The translations under genes were made by a program, and so were the position numbers. A DNA stretch of 64,000 nucleotides. It comes from a virus. The stretch's first letter is position 1, and each line of letters opens with the position of its first letter. The notes under the pieces were generated by a model. It made no database searches and had not been told where the DNA came from. It saw only the letters and a list, made by a program, of their open reading frames with translations. Positions 10,599 through 19,691 of the stretch are shown here, piece by piece. Where the stretch lies: IMG/VR virus record IMGVR_UViG_3300031227_000013. One strand, given 5' to 3'.

Positions 10599-10988
10599 TT
10601 ACCTATTAGAAGCGTATTGATTTTGCTGTGGATACGGATTAGGTGGAATGGGCTGTATCTTATTTGACGGTTTACCTCCGGCATAATTAAACTGTTGGAA
10701 CATGGAGGGTCCCTTTCTTTTAGGTATCGGAATACTGGTAGACATTTTGCTTTTTGTAGGAGAAAGCGTATTTTTAGCTACCGTTAAAGGAGATGTAGCT
10801 TCCACCTTCTGTTTCTGAGTGTCAGCAATCTGCCGGGGTATATTTTCTGTAGAGGAAGGAGATCCTATAGCTCCTCCGTAATTAACAGCCCCTGTCTGAC
10901 CTTCTGTAGGATTGCCACTGATTGCACTTTTTAATGCATCCGTAGCATTCTTATCTATATATCCCTGATAAAATGCTAGTTTATTCAT
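10599..10988 (-). CDS. Leader-family protein (MNKLAFYQGYIDKNA), P/S/T-rich
   Basis: Shared leader. Confidence 0.65.
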   Translation of the reverse strand: MNKLAFYQGYIDKNATDALKSAISGNPTEGQTGAVNYGGAIGSPSSTENIPRQIADTQKQKVEATSPLTVAKNTLSPTKSKMSTSIPIPKRKGPSMFQQFNYAGGKPSNKIQPIPPNPYPQQNQYASNR

Positions 10989-10989
10989 T

Positions 10990-11832
10990 TTAGCTCCTGA
11001 GGTTTTTAATAAGATCCTGTATCTTCATAACAGATGATTTACGCTGTCTACTCGAAGCCATTACAGGCATTCCAGGCATTCCTTGAGGAGGCATTCCAGG
11101 AGGAGGCATTCCAGGCATAGGGGGCTGTGCTCCGCCCATACCCATCGCTGCTGGATCTTCTTCCGGAGGTTCAGCTGCTGCTTCTAATGCTTCAGGAGTC
11201 ATTCCATCTTGAATTTCTTCGGGAACTTCTGTGGTTTCTTCTCCGAGAGGGGGAGATGTTGTATCTTCTTCTACAACTCCGAGATCTTCCGGAGCGACAG
11301 GAGGAGCCATTCCAACAGCCCCCATAACTTCCATTACCTGATTTTCAACTTCATCCACTCGGGCTTCTAAGTCTGCTTTAGTAGGCTCTCCGGATTTTTC
11401 CTTATCCATTTCTTCGATAGCTTTAGGAAGGATTTCCAAAAAACGTTCTTCGGTAAGAGGTGTTCCTACAGGTTCTTCAACAGGAGGTGCGCCCATCATC
11501 GCAGGATCCATAGGAGGCATTCCACCCATCATCGCTGGGTCCATCGGAGGAGGGGGCATTCCACCCATCATAGCAGGATCCATAGGAGGTGCTCCGCCCA
11601 TCATAGCAGGATCCATAGGAGGAGGCATTCCGCCCATCATAGCTGGGTCCATCGGCATTGGAGGTGCTCCGCCCATTGGGGGTGGCATTCCACCCATCAT
11701 AGAGGGGTCCATTGGTGCTCCGCCCATCATTGCCGGGTCCATCGGAGGAGCTACAGGTGCCGGACCCATAGGGACAGCAGCTTCTTTGTTCATCAAATCT
11801 TTTACTTGTCTAAGTAATTTTAAATCAATCAT
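10990..11832 (-). CDS. Pro/Met/Gly-rich low-complexity protein
   Basis: 7 copies of MDP[AS]MMG after an NKEA motif; acidic C-terminal half. Confidence 0.7.
   Translation of the reverse strand: MIDLKLLRQVKDLMNKEAAVPMGPAPVAPPMDPAMMGGAPMDPSMMGGMPPPMGGAPPMPMDPAMMGGMPPPMDPAMMGGAPPMDPAMMGGMPPPPMDPAMMGGMPPMDPAMMGAPPVEEPVGTPLTEERFLEILPKAIEEMDKEKSGEPTKADLEARVDEVENQVMEVMGAVGMAPPVAPEDLGVVEEDTTSPPLGEETTEVPEEIQDGMTPEALEAAAEPPEEDPAAMGMGGAQPPMPGMPPPGMPPQGMPGMPVMASSRQRKSSVMKIQDLIKNLRS
11490..11750. repeat. Degenerate tandem repeat encoding PPMDPAMMGG units
   Basis: Recurring cc[ga]cccatcat..c.gg.tccat.ggagg units of about 30-40 nt. Confidence 0.8.
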
Positions 11833-11901
11833 TTCCAGATCTCCTTTTATCTTTTAATATATAATATAAAACTATTTTTTACCACTATTTATCATATAGT
11901 T

Positions 11902-11927
11902 AAAAAAAGGGAGGTTAATCCCTTTTT
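11902..11927 (-). terminator. Intrinsic terminator ending the 11979-13015 cassette
   Basis: Hairpin AAAAAGGGA-TTAACC-TCCCTTTTTTT followed by AACT on the minus strand. Confidence 0.75.
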
Positions 11928-11978
11928 AGTTCTTATAGTAATCTAATTCTCATATTATCCCCCTGTGTTTTTTAAACG

Positions 11979-12215
11979 TTACTGCTCTGTGGTATCCTTG
12001 CCTAAGTAAATTGTGGGTTCCTCGTATTCCAACACCTCTGTTGGAATCTTCACCCATACCGCATCTCCACCGCGCGTAGATAAAAACTTTTGAGCCAGAA
12101 TGCTTGTATCTAACTCAGAGCAACCATTGTACCCGTACTTCTCAACAAAGATTTTTATTATCTCTGTTGGTCTGTAGAATGCTGGTGCTTCTTTCAATAA
12201 TTCTTTTCTTTTCAT
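11979..12215 (-). CDS. Hypothetical protein (accessory cassette)
   Basis: 78 aa ORF with ATGA overlap to the upstream gene. Confidence 0.55.
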   Translation of the reverse strand: MKRKELLKEAPAFYRPTEIIKIFVEKYGYNGCSELDTSILAQKFLSTRGGDAVWVKIPTEVLEYEEPTIYLGKDTTEQ

Positions 12216-12679
12216 ACCGATACCCAGCCCCTCTTTTTATTAAACCATATCTTCTTCTTAACTCCCTCAAAAGATACTTCTTTTAAAGACTTATCGACAG
12301 TGTATCTAATACAGCTCTTTTTAGATAAATACACTATATCCCCTTTACTGAGCTGTCCTTTATATATAATAGGTTTATTTAAAGGACAACATAATATCTT
12401 AATTCTTAGTTTTTCTGTTAGATCATTACAGTCATTACAGTCCTTACAGCGTGTGCAATTCACACAATCTAAACAATTCATGCAGTCTCTGCAATTCACA
12501 CAATCGATGCAATTCGTACACTGCTGACAATCCGTACAATTTGTACATCTACTGCAGTGGGCACAATTATGGCAATTAATTAAAGTCTTGCTATAAGCTA
12601 TTGCGTTCTCTTTCGTATATTTAATTGCGATCCATCTATTGTTATTACTATCTACCCAATACTCCCCTACTAATCTCAT
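12212..12679 (-). CDS. Cys-repeat (CxxCxxC) protein fused to a C-terminal GQL/GW family domain
   Basis: NCHNCAHCSRCTNC... run of Cxx units, then LNKPIIYKGQLSKGDIV...KKRGWVSV. Confidence 0.7.
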   Translation of the reverse strand: MRLVGEYWVDSNNNRWIAIKYTKENAIAYSKTLINCHNCAHCSRCTNCTDCQQCTNCIDCVNCRDCMNCLDCVNCTRCKDCNDCNDLTEKLRIKILCCPLNKPIIYKGQLSKGDIVYLSKKSCIRYTVDKSLKEVSFEGVKKKIWFNKKRGWVSV

Positions 12680-12691
12680 AATCCTCCCTCT

Positions 12692-13015
12692 TTAAATACC
12701 TTTTACTCTAACTGGTTTTGTACCTTTTAACCACTTAAAACCACCTACTATAAAATCTTCATTCCTATAACACCACCCTATTCCTTCTTTGAAATAGAGT
12801 ATCATACAATCATTTAAGACAAGTCCTCGGGAATGCGGTTGTTCCTCTAGTAAACCCCTATCCCCTTTAAAACTGCGTATCTTAAATACACGGTGTCTAT
12901 CATATCCCTCAGTCCCCGCATAAGCTACATCATTATTATTAAGTTGACCCTTATATTTAATAGGGGCTTTATTTGCACCGAATAAAATATGGTGTCCTTC
13001 AACTTGAGTGCTCAT
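12692..13015 (-). CDS. Divergent GQL/GW family protein outside the main array
   Basis: NKAPIKYKGQLNNND...FKEGIGWCY. Confidence 0.65.
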   Translation of the reverse strand: MSTQVEGHHILFGANKAPIKYKGQLNNNDVAYAGTEGYDRHRVFKIRSFKGDRGLLEEQPHSRGLVLNDCMILYFKEGIGWCYRNEDFIVGGFKWLKGTKPVRVKGI

Positions 13016-13050
13016 CTACCTCCTTTAAATTAGTAGTTATATACTTACAG

Positions 13051-13082
13051 TATATAATGCCAATAAAAGGAGATTAATTAAG
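13051..13082 (-). promoter_or_regulatory. Conserved promoter (CTTAAT-N17-CATTAT)
   Basis: One of 7 copies; lies about 35 nt upstream of 13015 and its AAAGGAGG RBS. Confidence 0.75.
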
Positions 13083-13089
13083 GAGTTAC

Positions 13090-13695
13090 TTATTCACCTC
13101 TTCTAACAGCCCGTGCTTTGTTAGCGTTGACAACAGCTTGTCTGCTTATAGGGGCTTTGTGGGCTGTATTCTCGCGTCTGGTAAGATTAGCATTTATAAC
13201 TTCCTGCTTGCTAATGGGGGCTCCTGTATTCATTACTCTTCCTGTCTTATTCTGATAATCCAGATAATTCTTTGTTATATCCTGTAGAGCACTATATGTT
13301 CGAGCCCCTGTGACTCCTGCAGCTACTATTGGTTTAGCATTGTCTGAATAACCTTCCCACATTCTTCTGGGAGTACTCTGTTTAAGAGATTCCTTCATAG
13401 TTTTATCTGCGTTGCGTTTTATATTCTTTAATATATCTTTATTCCAGCCCTTTGTAGGATCTTTAAAAACTTGCTTTCCAAAATCGTATGCTGTGAAGGC
13501 TGCATTAGTAGTAGGTTTACTTACTCCGTAATCAACCCCTCTATTAGCAGTACCTAACCTAACAGCTTCCTCTACGCCCCCTTCAACTAACTTAGACTTA
13601 TCATATAGCTTTTTAAAAGTAGTTCCCATACTATATGGAGCCGAGTTAAAAGCTTCCTTCTCTATATATCCCTGATAGTACGCTAGTTTATTCAT
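13090..13695 (-). CDS. Leader-family protein (MNKLAYYQGYIEKEA)
   Basis: Shared leader; TAATG overlap with the RNAP stop codon. Confidence 0.7.
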   Translation of the reverse strand: MNKLAYYQGYIEKEAFNSAPYSMGTTFKKLYDKSKLVEGGVEEAVRLGTANRGVDYGVSKPTTNAAFTAYDFGKQVFKDPTKGWNKDILKNIKRNADKTMKESLKQSTPRRMWEGYSDNAKPIVAAGVTGARTYSALQDITKNYLDYQNKTGRVMNTGAPISKQEVINANLTRRENTAHKAPISRQAVVNANKARAVRRGE

Positions 13696-16600
13696 TATAC
13701 TCCTCGTTTCCTGATCTTAACAGGTGTATCTATATCTATTTTACCTGTCTTGTATGCTTTGACAGCATCGGCTTCTGTTTCGAAAACAACCGGAGTTCCT
13801 TTGAGAGGAGTCTTTGTGGCAAGATGTGCTCCCTGTACATATTCCTGATCGGGTTTATACATCAGATTAAAATCTCTTGCTCCGAACAGAATCTTTTCCG
13901 GCATCATTTTATCTCTAGCTTCCGCAACTGCTTTAGCAGAGGAAGGCACATGTATCGTCATTGTATCTCCGTCGAAGTCCAGGTTAAACCCTTTAACTAT
14001 ATGCGGAGGTACTTGTAGAGTATCTCCCTTTGTAAGAATAGGATTAGCCGCAAGTATACTCCACTTGTGCATTGTCGGAGCTCTATTCATTAGAATAGGA
14101 CGTTCCTCCATAACAGCCCGCAGAGCGACCAAAGCGTCACCTTTTCTTTCAGATACAGATTTAGCGGCTTCTGTCGCTTTGTATCCCCCGCGCACCATAT
14201 GTCTTATAACGAAAGGCTCGTACAGTTCCCATGCTCTGTTCTCGGGCAATCCAACCTGATTTAATTTGAGAGAAGGATTAGGAGTTACTACAGCTCTCGA
14301 GGAAAGGTCAACAGCCCCTCCTACCATACGACGCTGCATCATCCCGTGCTTCGGACTTCCTTTTCCAAAGATAGTCTTTAAAAGCCCTCCAACACGCTTC
14401 TCCTGTAGTTCGACGCTATCGGGGTCTCCCAACCCTGAGATAGCTTTAAAGCTGTTATACAGCCGTTCCCGTACTTCAGGAAGATATTCGTCGGGTAGAG
14501 TAGTCTTGGCATCTCTTAGATCGTTTCTGCTGTGCAGGAGTTCTCTATATAGAATATTGAAGTCCGAAGACATATTCATATCGTCTGTTACAACAATAGG
14601 TCTGAACTTAGGAGGCAGTACAGGAACACGGGTCAGCATAAATTCGGTCGGGCTGACTTTATGTTCTTTCATAGACTGCAGAGCTCTGAGTCTTTTAACA
14701 GCGTTGTCTCTTCTGGAGGCTGATGCTGTCTTGACGTCGTTTAATGCGCTGCGTGTTTCCTGATCGACATCTATTTCGGAAAGCATCTTATACATAGCTT
14801 TCCCGCCTTTAACTCCTTTATACTCTTTACGTCCTGCTAGAAGATCTGTATACTCCTTCTGTTTGAGATTGAGTATTCTCCTCAGGAAGTCTTCCATCAC
14901 TGGATTTGGAACAGGCTCGTCTAGTTTGATGTACGAGAATCTGTTTCCTTCCGCTCCTCCTGTTAAGGTTTCGTCGAACAGTCCGCCTTTAACCGGCTTG
15001 AACTGTTTGGGATCGAATGTATCTGCGGTCTGTATCTGTCTGGTTCCTGTAAGTTCTTTGGCGTTCTCATTCGTCATCGCAAATATATTAAGTTTGTTCT
15101 TATCCTTATGTATATTAACTCCGGCAGCCTGTATCATCGCAAGGAACTTCTTGTATATAAAGCTTTCGTCGGGAACCGTAGGAGTACGACCCATTTTAAG
15201 ATCGCGCCAGTAGTCGTCGTTTTTAGACCCTCTTATCAGTTTGGCGTCTTTCATTATCTCTTTAGCGCCGTGGCTTACAAGGGCTGCAATTTCCATGCTA
15301 TTACTAACAAGAACTCCTCCCGCAGTATATGAATGTGTTTTATCAACAGTAAAATCATAAACATTAATTTCGTCTATTCCCGGTTTATCATGTTTATAAG
15401 GTCTAATATCTTTAATAGATACCGGAACTTTACCCATTCTATTAACAATATCCAATTTACGGGGAGGATTTACCAGTTGTCTCTCAGCTACCAGCTTTTT
15501 TAATTTCTTTTTTGTTTTAGGAATAATAGAGGCAGGAACATTTCTGGCTAACATATCTATCAGTATCCAACAAGATTCTGCTGTTAAATAAATAAACCAC
15601 TCTTCTTCCCGTCCTGAAGCTTTGTATATTTTTAGAGAAGATATATTTAATTTATTACCCAGCCATCTATGTAAAAGAACAACTTCTTCGTAAGTAAATC
15701 CATGGGTAGCTATTGCACCTTGTAAAGCAACCCCTCCCTTGACTTTAGAACGATTGGAAATAGATCCATCATCCAATACCCACATACAGATACCTAATTC
15801 ATCCACATGGCTCAGCCATTCTTCAGTTACATGTTTTTTACCGTCTTTTAAACAAACTGCTTTCATCTGATCAACTACATAAGCAGTAGGCATTGTTACT
15901 AATCCACGTCCATAACTTTTACCTGTTCTTTTTAAAAAACTAGGCTTACAATCACTTCTATAAGCCATCAGCCCCGCCAGAACCTTCTGCTTAAAATCCA
16001 TGTATTCTATTTGCTTTGTAGAATGCATAATCTGGATAACACTATTAAAATAGGAATCCCCCAACATACCTCCATACAATACATCCAGCTGATCTTTTGT
16101 TACCAGAGGCCCCCATGAAATAAGTTTATCATCAACTGTTAAATCACCGGCAAGTAATTCACATCCGTCAAATGTATATACCTTATGATTTTTAGTAGGA
16201 TATAAACAGGAGGTATACTTTATCTTTCTGTCTCCTGTCTCACAGGGAATACCTGATACTTCAACACACAATATATCTTCTATTTTAGCTCGATAAGTAA
16301 ACCAGTCCGTAATGGGTTTAAATGTCCACTCCTCCTTATCTTCATCAAATGTCCAGACCTGCTCGGCAAAACGTTTTTCAACTAATCTACCTATTTGTAT
16401 TTCTCCATGAATAGTTTTTATTTTTTGACCTGCTGGAAAGCAACCTATTCTCTTACTCTTCCCACCGCCTGTAGAGGGCTGTTCGTCCATTGTATATCCT
16501 GAGAACGACTTACCTCCGGACTTGGCTTCCGCGGTATGCTGTAACTTAAAAAAGTGTGAAACTCCGTTAAATACTTTAGGTATCTTACGTCCTGTTGTAG

Positions 16601-19600
16601 GGTCGTATATATCGTCTGTATCGCTAAGCCCATGCTTCTTGAGTTCCGTCTGTGCTAGATCTATAAAGGATTCGTCCGGGTCGTCTGTAAAACTTGGTAA
16701 TATATAAGGTTTACCTGTCTTGGTAGCTACCTTACCCAGTGACGATTCTATGAGCTGTGATGAATTCGTTCTGGATATTACACCTACAGGGTTAAGAATA
16801 ATTTCGTAAGGCTTACCGTCCTTATCGTGAATCATTTTGTTATCGGGAATTATATCTCCGACAACGCCCTTACCTCCGTAGAAATTTGCCAGTTTGTCGC
16901 CCCGCTTAGTTGTAGCGTTGGCTCGGACATAGACTTTCCAGCCCTCTTTATTCTTAACAACATCTGTGACAACGCCCGGGTCTTCATGCTCCCACTTCAC
17001 AGAAGAGTCTCTTGTTAGCCTACGACCCATTGTTCCGGGTCCGGGCTGTCTTGTCTTTGTAGATAGAATAAGCGGATCTCCCTGTCTGACGAGAGTTCCC
17101 GGTTTGACTGTACCTTCTTTACCGATAGTCTTGAACTGTTCCGCGGTAAACGTTCCCGGAAACATTGCTGTATACTTATCTTTAAGAACTTCCACTCCGC
17201 TTTCTTCACGAAGCTTATTAGCATACATATGTTCTGAGTTTAGTTTCTTCGCGGCACTTTCTGATATGACTATAGCATCTTCATGCACAGCCCCTTTATA
17301 AGGCATGTAAGCTACCCGGAGATTAAGTCCCAGAGCTGCTGTACCCTTATCGTCTGTAAAGTTAGATCCTGCGATAGCCTGTCCTTTTTTAACACGTTGT
17401 GCTCCCTTTACAAAAGGAATTGTACGCACGGATGTTTTTCTGCTGAAAGGAAAGTTATCGTAGGTATCGTACGAGGATGTTGTTCCGTCGTCGTTCTGTG
17501 TAGTTATCTTATCTTTGCTTATGGATTTAACGATACCATCTTTTTCAGAAGTTATTCTACCCATATGCGGGCTGATGTAATCGTATATATCCTTAGTACC
17601 GATTCTTGTACGGACAAGAGGAGCTTCTCTGTTTGTAAGAGGAAGCGCCTGATTGTGCATTTTCGACCCCATTAGCAAACGCATAGCTTTTATCCCGGAA
17701 GCCATAGGCACCAAGTTAGCTCCTGTACTGAAGAGATCGGAACCGCTGTTTATCATGTAATCCACAGATGTTCGGGGAACATACTTTATACCCTCTCCCT
17801 TTACCATCGCAGGAATAAACTTACCTTTGTATTTAAAACTTTCCGGAAAGGCTACAATAGATCTGGATGCTGTTACAGAATCCACATACTCCTGCTTACC
17901 TGTTTTTGTATTCAGGAACTTCTGATATACTTTACCGTCTTTCCCGTACTGAGTTCCCTGAGCCATCTTCATATCGACACCGACCCTTAGAGAGTTACCG
18001 CACCAGAAAGCTTTGCCTTTACGTCTTACATATACAAGACCTCCCTGAACAGTAGCACAATACACTACACCTTTATATTCTTTTTCGAAAGTATCGTTCT
18101 TTAGAATATAAATAATACCTCCGTCGATTTCCATATTAAAACCTTTACCCAGAATATCTTCGGCAAGCGTCATAACATATCCTATACCATTAGTCTTAAC
18201 ACGCATTCTATGATTAGGAGTAACAAGGAAGTTAACCTGTTTTTTACAACCTATCATCAGCCCGTCGTAATCGTAAGACTGAAGTCCTTCCGGAGTCTTA
18301 TAATAGACACAGTCATGAATACGGCAGGCCAGTTCGTCCTGCATTGTGATATCTTTAAATAGTTTCCAGCCCGTACTTGTTTTGATTTCTGTCTTGTCGT
18401 CGTAACATTCAGGACTTCTCACCATATCTACATACCCACGATATGTGGGCTGTACAGCTCTTGCTTCGTCAGGTACTGCATCCAGAGAGCTTATTCCACC
18501 CTCTCCCATTCTGGTAACCCTGTACGATTGATCTAAAGCGTCTAGAGGATTTATCTCCTCGAGCATCTGACTCAGCCCAGATGTATTGAACAGGCTGTCC
18601 ACATGTTTATTAAGCATTCCGGATTGTAAAGAGGATAAGTTACCCTGATTGGTAATCTTCCATAGTTTATTCCTGAGTACATTACCCGGATCTTTGAGTA
18701 TACGTTCGGCGAAATAGTTATGGGGCCCGTACATTCTCTGGAACTCCATAGAATCCCTATCGTCTGATTTGGCTGTTCCTCTGGATATGTTCAAAAGCTT
18801 TTTAGTAACATCTAGGAAAAGACCTGAACCGACATTGGAATGCGGAGCACCTAATGTTGTCTGTGTAGCGTCCGGGTCCAGCTCCATAGCATTAAAAGAT
18901 TGTTTAAGTGTTTCTATATCTCCCGCTTCCGGACCCATCATCTTTACTTCGGCTGTCTTATTCATACGCATGTGCTTAGGGATAAGGGTCTGTATAGCAC
19001 TGTGTACAGCTTGAGTTGTAGTACCGGCTCTGTTCCTCTTAAGGATTTCCGGCCCCCATGCATCTTCCAGTAAACTGTCCTGAACGCCTAGCGCCTGCAG
19101 TACCGGATAGAGTTTGATCTTTCTACCTCCGGATCTGATGTAGAACTCGGCTGTCTTAGGATTCATGGATACTTTAAAACTGTTTCCTGTTCCCTGTCTG
19201 ACATTGACGTGGGATTCGTATGTACCGTCTCCGGCTACTTTACTGTATACATTAGGAATAAGTCTAAACTGATTGATAAGGGATTGTTCGACTCCGTTAC
19301 GGACGAAGGTCCCTCTTTCTGTAAGATAAGGTACATTGAGTACAGTACGTTTACTTGTACGGTCTATGACTTTACCTGTCTCGTTGTCTCTGAGAGTCCA
19401 GTTACCCTGCAGTTTCTTTGTAAGAGACCTGTTGTTAAGGATAGCTTCCTTCTGCTCTTTGTATGAAAAACGTTTCGTATCTTTGTAGGAAGGATTATCC
19501 AACTCCAGGGTATATCTCTGATTGGATAAAGGAAAGCGTTGTTTAACAGCGTCTATAGAATAATCAAAAATCTGCTGTCTACGGTTATCGTAGTCGTCGA

Positions 19601-19691
19601 AAGACGTAAGGACACCTTTATCTTTCGATAGGGTGTCCGAGATAAATTTCATCCCCGTTGAAGCAGGGGGAGTCGAAGGATTGATAGGCAT
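13695..19691 (-). CDS. rpoBC: DNA-directed RNA polymerase beta fused to the beta' N-terminal half, with two inteins
   Basis: Beta motifs PYLTERGTFVRNGVE, MGSKMHNQA, RGDKLANFYGGKGVV, LQHTAEAK, KRIG/SMEIAAL; beta' motifs PVLPPKFRP, NRAPTMHKWSI and catalytic NLDFDGD. Confidence 0.95.
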   Translation of the reverse strand: MPINPSTPPASTGMKFISDTLSKDKGVLTSFDDYDNRRQQIFDYSIDAVKQRFPLSNQRYTLELDNPSYKDTKRFSYKEQKEAILNNRSLTKKLQGNWTLRDNETGKVIDRTSKRTVLNVPYLTERGTFVRNGVEQSLINQFRLIPNVYSKVAGDGTYESHVNVRQGTGNSFKVSMNPKTAEFYIRSGGRKIKLYPVLQALGVQDSLLEDAWGPEILKRNRAGTTTQAVHSAIQTLIPKHMRMNKTAEVKMMGPEAGDIETLKQSFNAMELDPDATQTTLGAPHSNVGSGLFLDVTKKLLNISRGTAKSDDRDSMEFQRMYGPHNYFAERILKDPGNVLRNKLWKITNQGNLSSLQSGMLNKHVDSLFNTSGLSQMLEEINPLDALDQSYRVTRMGEGGISSLDAVPDEARAVQPTYRGYVDMVRSPECYDDKTEIKTSTGWKLFKDITMQDELACRIHDCVYYKTPEGLQSYDYDGLMIGCKKQVNFLVTPNHRMRVKTNGIGYVMTLAEDILGKGFNMEIDGGIIYILKNDTFEKEYKGVVYCATVQGGLVYVRRKGKAFWCGNSLRVGVDMKMAQGTQYGKDGKVYQKFLNTKTGKQEYVDSVTASRSIVAFPESFKYKGKFIPAMVKGEGIKYVPRTSVDYMINSGSDLFSTGANLVPMASGIKAMRLLMGSKMHNQALPLTNREAPLVRTRIGTKDIYDYISPHMGRITSEKDGIVKSISKDKITTQNDDGTTSSYDTYDNFPFSRKTSVRTIPFVKGAQRVKKGQAIAGSNFTDDKGTAALGLNLRVAYMPYKGAVHEDAIVISESAAKKLNSEHMYANKLREESGVEVLKDKYTAMFPGTFTAEQFKTIGKEGTVKPGTLVRQGDPLILSTKTRQPGPGTMGRRLTRDSSVKWEHEDPGVVTDVVKNKEGWKVYVRANATTKRGDKLANFYGGKGVVGDIIPDNKMIHDKDGKPYEIILNPVGVISRTNSSQLIESSLGKVATKTGKPYILPSFTDDPDESFIDLAQTELKKHGLSDTDDIYDPTTGRKIPKVFNGVSHFFKLQHTAEAKSGGKSFSGYTMDEQPSTGGGKSKRIGCFPAGQKIKTIHGEIQIGRLVEKRFAEQVWTFDEDKEEWTFKPITDWFTYRAKIEDILCVEVSGIPCETGDRKIKYTSCLYPTKNHKVYTFDGCELLAGDLTVDDKLISWGPLVTKDQLDVLYGGMLGDSYFNSVIQIMHSTKQIEYMDFKQKVLAGLMAYRSDCKPSFLKRTGKSYGRGLVTMPTAYVVDQMKAVCLKDGKKHVTEEWLSHVDELGICMWVLDDGSISNRSKVKGGVALQGAIATHGFTYEEVVLLHRWLGNKLNISSLKIYKASGREEEWFIYLTAESCWILIDMLARNVPASIIPKTKKKLKKLVAERQLVNPPRKLDIVNRMGKVPVSIKDIRPYKHDKPGIDEINVYDFTVDKTHSYTAGGVLVSNSMEIAALVSHGAKEIMKDAKLIRGSKNDDYWRDLKMGRTPTVPDESFIYKKFLAMIQAAGVNIHKDKNKLNIFAMTNENAKELTGTRQIQTADTFDPKQFKPVKGGLFDETLTGGAEGNRFSYIKLDEPVPNPVMEDFLRRILNLKQKEYTDLLAGRKEYKGVKGGKAMYKMLSEIDVDQETRSALNDVKTASASRRDNAVKRLRALQSMKEHKVSPTEFMLTRVPVLPPKFRPIVVTDDMNMSSDFNILYRELLHSRNDLRDAKTTLPDEYLPEVRERLYNSFKAISGLGDPDSVELQEKRVGGLLKTIFGKGSPKHGMMQRRMVGGAVDLSSRAVVTPNPSLKLNQVGLPENRAWELYEPFVIRHMVRGGYKATEAAKSVSERKGDALVALRAVMEERPILMNRAPTMHKWSILAANPILTKGDTLQVPPHIVKGFNLDFDGDTMTIHVPSSAKAVAEARDKMMPEKILFGARDFNLMYKPDQEYVQGAHLATKTPLKGTPVVFETEADAVKAYKTGKIDIDTPVKIRKRGV
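15300..16442 (-). mobile_element. Intein (381 aa) with LAGLIDADG-type homing endonuclease
   Basis: Starts CFPAGQKIKT, ends VYDFTVDKTHSYTAGGVLVSN, followed by Ser; internal GGMLGDSYF and GICMWVLDDGS motifs. Confidence 0.92.
17994..18407 (-). mobile_element. Mini-intein (138 aa) in the beta subunit
   Basis: Starts CYDDKTEIKTSTGWK, ends VYCATVQGGLVYVRRKGKAFWCGN, followed by Ser. Confidence 0.9.

Noticed and set aside
7602-14000. Cyanobacterial/plastid rpoC1-rpoC2 origin of the split beta'
   Set aside because: Here the TTxGK/R motif begins the C-terminal subunit, whereas it ends cyanobacterial RpoC1, and the N-terminal half is fused to beta; an independent split is more likely
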